From Sphyrna mokarran (lineage: Eukaryota): a stretch of DNA of 64,000 nt. The notes beneath the pieces were generated by a model. The model did not search any database. It was not told where the DNA came from and worked only from the letters and a program-made list of their open reading frames with translations. The stretch lies in NCBI GenBank assembly GCA_024679065.1, contig JAGIQG010000023.1, forward strand, positions 44,516,001-44,580,000, given 5' to 3'. Shown here piece after piece: positions 12,525-24,399 of this stretch. How positions within the stretch are numbered: position 1 is the stretch's first letter; every line of letters starts with the position of its first letter. The translations under genes and the position numbers were made by a program.

Positions 12525-13785
12525 GTCGGTAGCTTGGGCAGATTGATGGCAGATGGGATTCAATCCTGACAAATGTGAGGTGATGCATTTCGGGAGAAAG
12601 AACGTAGGGGGGAGTTATCTGATAAAGGATAGTCTTATTAAGAGCACAGAAGCACAAAGGGACCTGGGGGTGCAGGTGCATGAGTCTCTGAAATTGGCAG
12701 AGCAGGTGGAGAAGATTGTGAAGAAAGCTTATGGTATGCTAGCTTTTGTAGGAAGGGGTATAGGGTACAAGAGCTGGCCTTTAATGTTGCAGTTGTATAA
12801 AACGTTGGTTAGACTTCATTTGGAATACTGTGTCCAGTTCTGGTCGCCTTACTACCAGAAGGACGTGGAGAATCTGCGGACAGTGCAGAGGAGGTTTACC
12901 AGGATGCTGCCTGGTATGGAAGGTCTGAGTTACGTGGAGAGGTTAGGCAAATTGGGACTGTTTTCCTTAGAAAGATGTAGACTTAGAGGAGATCTAATAG
13001 AGGTGTACAAGATTATGAGTATAGATAAACAGGGTTAAACTTTTTCCTAGGATGGACTCAAATAGCACAAGGGGTCACAGGCTTAGGGTGAGAAGGATGA
13101 TATAATTTGGATGCTAGAGGGAGTTTTTTCACACAGAGGGTGGTGGGGGTATGGAACGCGCTGCCAAGTGGTGGAGACAGGCACTCTGGAGTTAAGAAAT
13201 ATTTAGATGGGCACATGAACAGAATGGGAATGGAGGGATATAGAAAACTGATTTAAAATAGGGATCATGAGCCTTGGGAGTTCCCTGGGAAGTGTGTAAA
13301 TTGTTGATGATATTGACGTATTTGTTTTATCCTACAGGTACTTCGGCCCACCTTCTCTAACGAGGGGCACACACTCGATGGATCGAGAGAGGGCTGCTCT
13401 TGGATTTTGAGAGTAGCCTAATGCTTCATGTCGTTAGTGTACACTTGACCTGGACCATTTGATGGGCAACATGACAACTCAGTGACTATTGCTGTGCTGT
13501 GCAGATACATGGATTTGGGCCTGTGCCTGTGGGAGTTTGTGCGTTCTCCCGTGCTCGCGTGGGTTTTCTCCGGGTGCTCTGGTTTCCTCCCACATCCCAA
13601 TGGTGTGCTCTTAGGCTGATTGGCAGAACAAATTCTCCCTAAATTGTCTCAAATTTGATTCTAATGCATAGATCTATAAACATAGACAGGGATGACAGGG
13701 ATCATGGGTAGAAGTGGGAATATCAAGACAGCGGCGCAGGCTCATTGGGCCGAAAGGCCTGTTTCCCATGCCGTTTTGTTCTTTG
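12525..13785 (+). mobile_element. CR1 LINE 3' end (RT C-terminus) continuing into spacer, V-SINE and tail (composite copy 3, the longest)
   Basis: ORF 12553-13038 (FNPDKCEVMHFG..RDLGVQVH..LEYCVQFWSP..RLRGDLIEVYKIM). V-SINE part 13446-13785 is closely similar to 1161-1488. Confidence 0.92.
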
Positions 13786-16469
13786 AAAAGAGTACTTGAG
13801 AAATGTGGAGAACTGTATTCTGGAATAGTGATGAGAGGCCTCTTGGCGTGCCACTCTGTGCTGGGAAAACAGCTTAAGTAGCCTTCCACTTAAGGCTGAA
13901 AAGTGTTTGTTTTTCCAGAAAGCAGGATTTTGTTTTGAAGTCTCTTGAATTTCCACAGCAGAGTGGGAGTGAATGAGATCCTGAAATATATCTTTCCTAA
14001 AGTAGCAGTGGGTTTGCCTTGAGGGAATATTATTAGAACTTTCACAAACATCTCTAAGAGATGGTTGTCTAAAAGGTGTTTACTTGAAAGTCTGGCCAAG
14101 TAGATAGCATTTTTGGGAGAACAACTGAAAACTAATTTTAACACTCCACATACAATCTGGTGTGTTTAAGTTTTTTTTTGTTATAAATGTTCTGATTTAC
14201 TGTTTATAATTCCAAAAGTGTTCTTGGAAATTGTAGCATTTGAATTCCGCAAACTCATCTTCCCCTACTCAGGATACAAAAAAGAGGTGCGCTTCATAGG
14301 CCAAGTTTCTCTTCAGGATTTGGTCTTTGTGGTAATTACCATCTGTCGGATCATAACCAAGGTAGAAAGCATCTGCTACCTTACCTAGAAACTGAGTAGG
14401 CCAGATACAAGTACCCTTCTTTGCTATACTTACGTGAAATACATATCTCAAAACAAAAATTTCCAATTATCCAGCAAAAAAGTTAGCAAAATAAAAAAGG
14501 AGTTAGTGCATAAGAATCAGAACATGAGGTGAAGCCTTATTGATTCATGGACAACAGGGCAGAGATGAAAAAAGGAGAGATGTTGAGAGCTGTGTTTGGG
14601 AATAGCAACATGAAGACTCTTGGCATACTGCTCTGTGTTGGGAAAAGTATTGAGGTAGCCTTTCAGCTAAGGCCTAAAGTACATTTTTTTCCAGAAAACA
14701 CTTTTGTTTTTATATTATTTCTTTCCTATATACAGGCACTTCAAAGAGGTAGAACATTACCTGTGATTGAATGAGAGAGTGCAATTTTAAACATAACTTG
14801 AGCTTGGTACTGACCAACAAGGACAGTGAAACAACTGTAGCCAAAATGTAAAAAGTTATAAAAAGTCAGAGGAATTTGCTCTCAATCGCTTACCATTGCA
14901 CGTATGAAGTGGAATCCCTATTATCCAGCAGAACGTAGACATTGTTTGCTTTTCCATTTCCCTGCGACCACTGTCCCAGCCTTCCCAGTAGATAATGGAA
15001 ATTGTGATAACCAAGGGTCGCAAAATGTTGGTTTAAACATATGGTGGAGCAATAACCGAGTTGTGTGACTGAAATAACATTCAATTTGATCTATCCTGAT
15101 TTATGTGGCTGATTTATGTCGGACAGGTGGAATCTGGTGTTGGCAGCTGTGCAATGAATCAATAGGTGCGTGCAAAGTTCCATCTCAAGAAATCCAATAG
15201 GTAACTGGCATGCAGGTAAAAGTCTCCCAGTGCACTGTTATTTAAGAGAGATGCAATTTTTTTTAAAAGAGGTTTCATACCAGAAGAAAAGTTCAATGAG
15301 CATATTCTGAAATCCATCTTTGCTCCACCTCCCAGATTCTTGGCATCGGACAGAGCAAAGAAAAGTGATTTTAAAATGAATGTCAATTCCTTAAATAGGG
15401 AAAATTGCGAAATCTGAGACAGCCTGCAAATTTATCTTAAAAATCGTTAGCAAGGTCTGCATGCTTGGAGATACGAAAACTGGTTACCCTGTTTATTATA
15501 GCAGGTAGACAATATGATACAGGGCAGGGGTCAGAAATCTGCCACTCCAGAGTCACAGGCAATTTAACATTCATTTGAGGCTCCCAGTCTTTATTGGCTG
15601 GGACTCATTTTCATGAAGAAACATCATAAATATTAAGCTCAGTTAATGTCCAAAGAACTAGAAGAAAACAGTTTTCCTGTGGGAATCTAAAGTTAGTGAT
15701 CCCAACAAATTTCACAGATTGAAAACAGCATCATGCTTGAAATAAACTTCTTTGGTTTATACGTCTAAGCACTGGTTATAGCTAAGCACTTGGGTTCAAG
15801 GTTGTGACATTAATGTTCCAGATATAGCTGAAAATAAATTCTGAATGCTATAAACTTGGTATCAGGAGAATCCATGGCTGGAAAGCTGTCACTGTCCTCA
15901 ACATTTAAAGCACTGACAATTATTTATTAGAGTACTTGCACTATTGGAGGAGCTACTCTCCTATTTATTAAGCCAAGTTCAATAGTAGCTCCTGACACTA
16001 ATCACTAACAGGTCAAGGTGAAACATTAAAAAACTGTCACATTGAAATTACCATCTCCCCATTCCGGCTACACTTAGGGAATGGATTTGATGCTTTTTTA
16101 GTGGTTTAATTTTTACTGCTTCGGGGACAACACCCAAAAAAATTATTTGGCTCAAAATATATGCAGACTAGTTTATAAAAAAGACCGTAAAGTACAAGAA
16201 TAAAAAAGGAATGATGGTATTGGTTAAGTTACAATTAGAGTACTTTGAGGGGTCCTAGGCACTCGATTAAGGAAAAAAGCAATGAATAGTTTTAGTGTGC
16301 AGAATTACCAAGAGCAGCGGCCAGAGGGAAGATTTAATAAATGCTGGTAGTAACAGGGAGTGGTACGACCAATTAAAAAATTAGAGAACAAATTAAAGAA
16401 CGAAGACAGCATTTAACAGAAATTTCGTCACAGTCAATTGCTCAAGTGTGGATTGTTTTGCCGCATCTT

Positions 16470-16690
16470 GACAAACTTTTGCTCCTTTCATCGTATATCT
16501 CCCATTTCTCAGTCCATCACAGAAATTTTGTTCTTTTTGTTCTTTTTCCATCCTCCTCACGTGGCCCACTTAAAACCTATTACATTACTTTTCCAAGTTC
16601 TGAAGAAGAATTATCGATCTGAAACATTAACAGTTTCTCTCTCCAGAGACGCTGGCAGTCTTGCCGAGTAGTCTAGCTGTCTGTTTTTAA
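16470..16690 (+). mobile_element. Penelope-like terminal fragment (second family) with hammerhead motif
   Basis: aaaacctattacattacttttccaagttctgaagaagaattatcgatctgaaacattaacagtttctctctccagagacgctggcagtcttgccgagt; same family as 39976-40254 and 60102-60340. Confidence 0.6.
16597..16631 (+). ncRNA. Degenerate minimal hammerhead ribozyme motif
   Basis: GUU-CUGAAGA-AGAAUUAUCGAUCU-GAAA-CAUU-AAC. Stem I GUU/AAC is intact; stem III palindrome ACGU is mutated to ACAU. Confidence 0.5.
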
Positions 16691-17869
16691 CTCCCCTTTT
16701 CTAAATTTAAGAATGTGTTAATTAAGCTAAGTCAATCAAATATTTCAATATACCAGCCTCCTGAAATGCCAACAGCAATTTTGTTCTGCGTGAGGAGAAT
16801 CTTGCAGCCAATTCCAGGAAAAATGTTAATGGTGCATCATAATAATACATACAAAGATAAATATTCATTCTTATTCAATTAATAATGAGCAGGAAATAAA
16901 AATAAACATCTCCTGGATTCACATGTGACTCAAAATCATCCACAATAGATACAACAGCTTCATCACAAAAAATAGATTTTGCATTAAAAAAATTTCTGTA
17001 CATTCTTCCTATATAATACAATTGCAAAGACGTGGTCCATTCTGAACTTAAACTCTGACATTTGTAAGATTATAAAATTACTTAAACATTCAATTACATT
17101 GTCATAATTGCTCAGACTTTACAATACTGAGGGAAAAAAACCAAAATATTTAGTATGAATTAACAATCTTAAGCTGTATGTAAAATTATTCACACAAGTT
17201 AAATAAATTGACATTTCTTTAATTTAAACCATTTCCAAGTGTTTATGTTTGGATCAGTTCAGTGCAGCAATTAGCCATGTACATACATACTTCCATTTTC
17301 AAACATTTTCAAAAGTTTACCAATACATACATTTTCAGTGGATTACACTTGCTTCTATTGATGGTGACTCAAGAATATCAAGCAGTTTAAAGAGTACACA
17401 TATTAAAACCAATTTCAACATTTAGAGGAGTTTTTATGCATTTTAATGATTACTTAAGGATAGACTCCGAAGTTTATACTTTAGTGTCTGATTTTGTTCA
17501 GCTGTTGCCCACTGTAGGATAGGGCAACTAAATTTGCAACTTATTTGTCATGCATATCCTATACTGTTGCAGAACATCTGGGGGTCTGTATAGCCTTTTA
17601 TATTTGACAGTGTGAACTGCAATAGTAAAAAATTAAAATGCAAATTTTGCAATGGCCAATGCTGCAAACAATTCACTAATCTGTGGTTTTTGCCATTTTC
17701 TGCCAAAGCTTATAGATTATGCAGAAAACCCACACACGGCAATGTCAAACACTAAGCCATGAAAGTATCCATGACCTAGACTGTAAAAAAAAGAGAACTG
17801 CATGTAAGAGGAGCAGCATATGAAGAGAAGGAAAAAGTACAGCATTTGACAACTGGTGCAAAATATTTG

Positions 17870-20149
17870 TTCAGACTTGCAAATGCACAATTTTTATTTG
17901 AAATCTTTATTTAAAACAATCTCTTCAAATATGCAAAGGCTCAGACCTCCATTTGTCACCACTCACAACTAATACCTAGTATTTTATAGATCTTTTAAAA
18001 AATAAGCATTTAGTCACCACCACTTTCTTTTGATTCAGTATTTTGGGAAGTCCAAATGGCTTTTCTCCTAAGAGAGCTATAGATCAGGTTAGCATATAAA
18101 TCTTTAAGATGTATTTTACTACAGCATTCATCTTCATTAACAGCTGCCCTCATCCTCAGGCTGCAGATGGTCACACCATGGGGGAAACCAGTTTGATGCA
18201 GTGTTCCAGAAATACCACTAGTGCTCCTTTCAATTTGATGTTCCTCAGTACATCCTCAGTGCTTTTGGTCAAGACATTACAATGAGACTCCAATCATCAG
18301 CATTAGCATTGGATAGAATCAAATTAAAATGATCAGTAATTAATCTTAAAATGGCAGAAATTATTTCACCTTTATTTTCTGTTCATATTCTTACCTCAGT
18401 CTACTTGGTTCAAGACCTATGGCCATCCCTGTTCTAACTGCCTCACATCACCTCCCGTGTTTTATGTTCAATGCCATATTGTGCCAAGACAAATAGGAAT
18501 TTAAAAGTGTTTAGAATATTGTGAACAAACTTTGCTTAGTTCCAGAATGAAATGCATTTTGCAAGTATGAAAAATTGTGTACTGTGTTTTCAACTTTGGG
18601 AACTACAGGATCAAATGTCTAATTTATATACACCTTAGGTGGGTTTTTCTTTAAAGACAAAAACATTGGGCTTTCTAAATACCGAGGAATACAACGTACT
18701 CTAATATTAGCTTGCCATGCAGTCAGATTTTGGTGTTTTCCTATTATTTAACAAAGTCCACTTCTAGGTTTCTCCCAGACACCACAACATTTTTGCAAAG
18801 ATGGCTTGTCCTAGATCTCAGCAGCTGCAGCAACCTGGGTGATTAGCTTTTTTCCTTTGTTTTCCTGTCTGGGAACCTGTACTTTCACTTTGTACCATTT
18901 ATGCTTTAAATTGGATTAGGAACGCACAATGTGGGGAATTCCAAGCACAAACATGCCCTACTAGTCCTTGAGGCAGAAAACATCTGAACCAAAACCGCAG
19001 TAATATCAGTGTGCTCATCTAATGTATTATGAACTGGCATCTGCAACAGATACAATATCACACAATTCTGTTTTATTACTAAGCATCAATGGAATTACTG
19101 GCAAAGTACCATTTGCAGGTGAATATCAATGCTTAGCCAGCCCAATGACACAAACTAGCTCCAAAACAGCACATTATAAGGGTGGCAGTTCTAAGACAAT
19201 ATTAAAAATAGTATTGCTAGTGTAGGGAAGGAAACATTTGCTACGAATACAGAGAACCACCGGCAAAAAAATGCCAACTTTTAGGAAAAATATATTTGAA
19301 AACAAGAGAGACTCTCTTTTAGGTTAAACAATGTAGTTGAATGGATGGTTTTGGATATCTAACAAACTCATATTGGATGTAGGAGACATCAGTTGTTTCA
19401 GCACATATAAATGAGTAATTGACATGTGATTTTGGATGCTTTGGTGAACATGAAATCATCCATTTAACAGGTCATCCACACATAGCAAAACCCATTAGTG
19501 CACAATATGTTTACAATCAACTGGAGTCTGGAATAAAACATCCCCAACAAATTGAAAGCTTGCCATTTTTGTTGGCATCAAATGTAATTGAGAATGTGAC
19601 TTCTAAAATTAGACACAAGCTTGATTAGAGACTTTTCAGTGTTAATTTAATAAACTTCATTTGTACAGTATGGAAAAGTCTCCAATTGATTGTGCTGTCA
19701 TAGACTGCTCCCATTCTATATTGAGTTACACTCATCTTGCACCCAATCCTACTCCACTCATGCACTCTCCATGTGGTACTCCGCAGGTTACAGAACAAAC
19801 TCTCACTCGCACAGGAAAAATTCCAACAATTAAGATGCTTTGAACAAACGAATACAAAATAATTTTTTTTTTACCTTTTGCTTAAACTACAGTCGCTCAG
19901 TAGGCAAAATAATTTGAACATGGCTTTGTGTTTAACTACATAATTATTCTGACAATGTCATCTAAAAAATCCATTGTTTTTTTAAACAATTACAGCACTC
20001 TTTAATTTAGCATTCACACATGCATACATTGTTTTGAAACAACCAGCCATCATTTTTCAGTGTTGGGTCAAAAGGGGGGTAGGGCCATAGCAAAATTGCA
20101 GAGTGACACCAAGACCCACAGAGGCTGCTGGACAATGGCAATACCCGTT
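17870..20149 (-). other. ILRUN: ILRUN 3' UTR (end uncertain; may extend to ~16.9 kb)
   Basis: Follows the TAA stop; AT-rich with no recognisable repeats. Minus-strand poly(A) hexamers at 20001-20006 and 19646-19651 (ATTAAA), and 18371-18376, 17906-17911, 17893-17898 (AATAAA). Confidence 0.6.
17893..17911 (-). terminator. Tandem AATAAA polyadenylation signals, candidate ILRUN 3' end
   Basis: Minus strand reads tttaAATAAAgatttcaAATAAAaattgtgcattt. Confidence 0.45.
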
Positions 20150-20185
20150 TTAAGACTGACCAAAAGGATAAGGGCCATGGAAACC
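20150..20185 (-). CDS. ILRUN: ILRUN terminal coding exon 5 (GFHGPYPFGQS*)
   Basis: cttctttttttttcttttcAG|GGT TTC CAT GGC CCT TAT CCT TTT GGT CAG TCT TAA. Matches the recalled human C-terminus GLHGPYPFGQS; phase 0 fits exon 4. Too short to appear in the ORF track. Confidence 0.95.
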   Translation of the reverse strand, partial: GFHGPYPFGQS

Positions 20186-22331
20186 CTGAAAAGAAAAAAA
20201 AGAAGAGTGAAAATGTTTTCCTTAGCAACAGAAGCAGAATTTCACGGGAGTAGTGTGCTAATAACTATTTCCACTTAAAGTAGGGCTGTAACGAAGCTTC
20301 AAACATTGACATGACTTTATACATTAGTTTAAAAACAAAATATCTACTAAGCTCTTATTTCCACTTCCACTTCTGCCCTTGTTGTTCTTTCATTCTCCCT
20401 CTTTCGCCCTCCATTGCTCCACCTCCATTCACAATTCAACAGAAGACAGAAGAAGCCAATGAAAATGCTGAAATCTCAGCTAGGTGGCTTCAGTTCAAGT
20501 CTCAGGTTTGAGTGACCTGACATTTTTTTCTAGGGCCAATTTTGGCAGGCTTATCGCATGACCTGAGTGGTATGGAGTATTCTTCCATTGTCTGCTGAGA
20601 ATCCTAATGAACAACATCTGGGTAGAAGATAAATGATTTCATTGTCCAAAACAGTCTCAATAATCTTAATCATTATTTCAAAAGCCGATGCACAAAAATG
20701 ATTTGAAAGGCTTCGTTACCGCTCTAACCTAGAACAATTACTGCTTATCCATGCAACCTTTTACAACCCATTCAAGTCAACAAAGTACGGGTTCTGAGTG
20801 ATATAACAAAAGTCAACCACTTTATATCCATCATCACAACAGGAAGTTAAAACAAACAGTCTTGTAGCTGAAAGGAAAATAAATAGAAAGGGCGTTGCGG
20901 GCAAGCAATACAGTGATACAAGCTTGTTGGAGCTCCAAAGCACTACAAGCCAGAGTGATGTTGCCATAAAGTAAGCTTGATTCTTAACTGTGCCATCATG
21001 AAGAGTAGGCACTGATTTCCCTCTCAGAGTGAGTCAAAACAAATATCATAAGTGTCAAATGACTTGTGCCACTTTGACATGTCATTTGGTAAGCAACTGT
21101 CTAGCATGATTGAAGGTGGCCAGAGAGGCAGTCCGCAATCCATTCTCCCAGGAAATGTAAAAGGCTTTTAAAAGGATTGAGGAGGATAGAAGAGGGGCAT
21201 GTAAAAGAGGAAGAACAATTACAAACTTCCAGGCTAAATGAGAAATTGAACTCAAACACTCTCTCTGGACCAGGAAAAAAAAAACTAATGGTGTTACAAC
21301 AGCAACAAAGCCTAGAACTTTTCTGGCCCAAATTCACATTCCTAAACACATCTTAAAAGCATTCTGGACAACATTTGCATGTTAATGCCAAATAATGAAC
21401 ACACACTAGCAATTCAAAGACACTTTATCCTTTAAAAGATACTTTATATTTACTATGAAGGAAATATGGCTGGCAGAGATACAAGGCAACAACTTAAGAG
21501 TTACTGTGAAAACTTCTGAAGCTTCACTCACAGGTTTATGTCAATAGAAACCCTCCGTTTGATTTCTGCCTTGTATCTTCCTGCCAGTCATCCATCACCC
21601 TATCGAACTGAGGCCATTCCAATTTCCTATTGGGATGTGGTGGCATTTGAGTAATCAACATTTCTCTGTGGCATTCTTTAAAGTCAAACATACACAAAAT
21701 TATGATTCAAAGTCACAAAGAAAAAATTAAAGATTCTATTAAAATGTCACCTTAAAAAATTCACAGAAATGACTGCTGGACTAGGAATTTCAAAATCCAA
21801 CAGCCAGATTCAAAGTATTTTATTTTATACAGCTGAGCTTCTCAGTGACTTGCTAAATTTAATTGTATTCATAGCTCCTACAGCTAAAGCCATGAGCCCC
21901 ACACTGCAAATTACCCAGATGTCTTAATCCTTTTCCAAAGTCAACTACAAAAGAATCCGATGTTTGAGTTATGAGTGATTTGACTATTACCATGACACTG
22001 GTATTGCGTGTTGAGTTTGAAGACAAGGGATGGAGAAAGTCAATAATCCATTCAGAACTGAATAATAGCAAACATCCTTCCAAGTTAAATATTTGATACA
22101 GAATTATAATCTTCATTGCCTAACTGAAAGAAGTCCTCAAAATTGAATAATGGGAGTCCCATCTTTCCCACGATAAAGTGTCTTTGGAGGCCTCCATCTC
22201 CTCAAAAACACCGTTGCCTCCCATCACCACAGAATATATATTTCATGTCATATATTCTGAAAACAGAAGGAAAAGCAGCAATATTGAGCTGCAATGCCCC
22301 ACATGTGCAACGAGCACAACAATAAGCTTAC

Positions 22332-22365
22332 CATTCCTTCAGCTTTATCAGAATGCTTTCATAGA
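22332..22365 (-). CDS. Candidate 34-nt ILRUN micro-exon (SMKAF*)
   Basis: cttctctctgtgcttctatataattgtAG|TCTATGAAAGCATTCTGATAAAGCTGAAGGAATG|GTAAGC: polypyrimidine tract plus near-consensus donor. Confidence 0.4.
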
Positions 22366-23478
22366 CTACAATTATATAGAAGCACAGAGAGAAGTATTCA
22401 AGAAATGGTGCTCTCAAGATAGATACTGTTAAACGCTCTAATTATCTCACAGCCTCTTAGCAAAGCAATTCATTAAGTGCCGTGGTTTTATCCTACCAAT
22501 GCATACAACTCTCCAGAAAGCAGACAACTGAATTGGTTCCACATAGAAAAAAAATTCAGACAATTCCATCTTTATGACATTATTCCTGAAGATGGCACTG
22601 TTCACAAAATGCACTTAAAAGCACTGCTTGCAAATGTTCACCTAATCAAACAATTCTTAATCAAAGATAACTTTAAGAACTACAAGTTATTATAGATTTT
22701 TGCACCTTGCAATATACATCATTGATCTATATCCCTCTTCAACAACATCACAAATGTTATCATTTGTGAAGATCAAACACTAACTTGTCCAATTCTTTGT
22801 GACCAGCACATAATCAGTCACAACAAGTTCGTAAACATTAGTGCAGAATAAATATATCCATCAATTAATTTTACAAGTGTCCATAGCTTAGCTAATAGAG
22901 GTTTTTCTAATTCCGCCATGCAAGCTAGACAAAAGAGGAGAATTCTGATTTGTCTGTGCAGAATTAGCCAATTTTAGCCTGAGTAACAAGAGAACACGTT
23001 TGCCTTAGATGAAAAGAAAAACAAAAGATTTGCCCCTATCAATACCCAACTGTTCCTCCTGAAAAATGTATGGAGGGGCAAAGGATCTGGTTGAGCTATA
23101 TCTTTGCTTAGTTCCATAACTAGCCAACCAGGGTTCAAGATAAATGAGAGTAGCAGGCAAACTCATCATCAAAGCACCACCAGCTGTCCGCATAACGGGC
23201 TGAAATTCAATGAAGGCCACTCTTGCTCTATACATCATGGCTCCACTGGTTTGGCGATTATAGGTACATGTGCAAAGACAAAGAAAACTGCAGCGAGTGC
23301 GCGAGACAGAATCTGCAAGAAAGTTTCTATTTCTATTTCTCCTAAGCTGTTGCTCCATCTCCTCCAAAGATAGGCTCCCTCTCTCTCAGTCTTGCTGCTT
23401 TTCCAGAGACAGAACCTATGATGGGTGGGAGTTAGGAAATCAGTTATTGGAGAAGTTGGGGCAATCATCTTGACCCAC

Positions 23479-23562
23479 TCAATTCAGACATTCCACATTC
23501 TCCACGGCCACTATGGCCAGTTCAAGTTGAACTTCTGACACCACCTGGAAGCAGGACACAGT
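23479..23562 (-). CDS. Candidate alternative ILRUN exon (84 nt) encoding C-terminus TVSCFQVVSEVQLELAIVAVENVECLN*
   Basis: Strong acceptor cttttttttatttcctAG; open in phase 0 for 27 codons; TGA followed immediately by a possible donor GTGGGT. No transcript evidence available. Confidence 0.45.
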   Translation of the reverse strand, partial: TVSCFQVVSEVQLELAIVAVENVECLN

Positions 23563-24399
23563 CTAGGAAATAAAAAAAAGGGATGAGGGCAACACTGAAA
23601 GCCAGAAAGGAAGCCAGGGAAAGCTCCTAGTTGCACCAAGAACATAGACAGCAGCCAGAGAGAAGGTCCATTACGTTTTAATTTTGTGTGGTGATGGTTG
23701 AAGGGAACTGGAACGGAAATAATAAGAGAACCATGTGCATTAATTGTATCTTCTACTAGCTTAAAAATGAACTGCTTATGCTGATCTGTTTCTTTGTAAA
23801 TAGTTGGAATTTTAGAAGAAATTGATCCTCATTTATTAATATAAATTGGGAATTATTTTCATGCAATAAACATATTGAGTGATAACAGTAACTTTCATTT
23901 TAATCAAAAATGCTGTTGGACTATGTGTTTTCTCTGGTCTTACTTGAATCATGATTGAGCAAGCCATGTGGCCCCAGCTGCCATCTATAATGGTCATAGT
24001 TAACACAAGGAATGCCGCTTTAGATGAAGTATGACAATGTAACTGCATCCATACGGATTGGAATAACCAGATGAGCAAAAGCAGTGCACCCAAATTCACA
24101 GAATGTTTTTGGCATAGTTTCTTAGAATCGCACATTCTGAAACCAACCAGGGGGGCGGTTGTATTAGACTGGTATTGTGAAACAAGATAGGATTAATTAA
24201 TGACCTGATAATGAAATGCCCTTTGGTTGTAATGATCATGATCAATGAGTTTACTTTCAGTTTGAGGGAGAGCAAAGTGTGAATCCAAGATTAGTATTTT
24301 AAATTTAAACAACAGCAACAACAAGGGCAGGAAAGCACAGACATCTGAAGTGAACTGACAGTTTAGGTCAAGGTCAACAGAGATGTAGTGACAGACATT

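Noticed and set aside
4871-13038. RT-like ORFs (4871-5284, 5680-6027, 12553-13038) as functional genes
   Set aside because: 5'-truncated, frameshifted CR1 remnants.
13321-13340. Strong plus-strand splice acceptor (tttgttttatcctacAG) in the composite LINE UTR
   Set aside because: No plus-strand host transcript is evident, so it cannot be supported as a used exon.
1-16400. Coding exons of a downstream gene such as SPDEF
   Set aside because: Suggested only by human synteny; no ETS/PNT-like peptide found in the ORF track or by eye.
23005-23473. Overlapping 67-120 aa ORFs in intron 4
   Set aside because: No recognisable homology and they occur on both strands; not called as genes, although the region may be exonic UTR.
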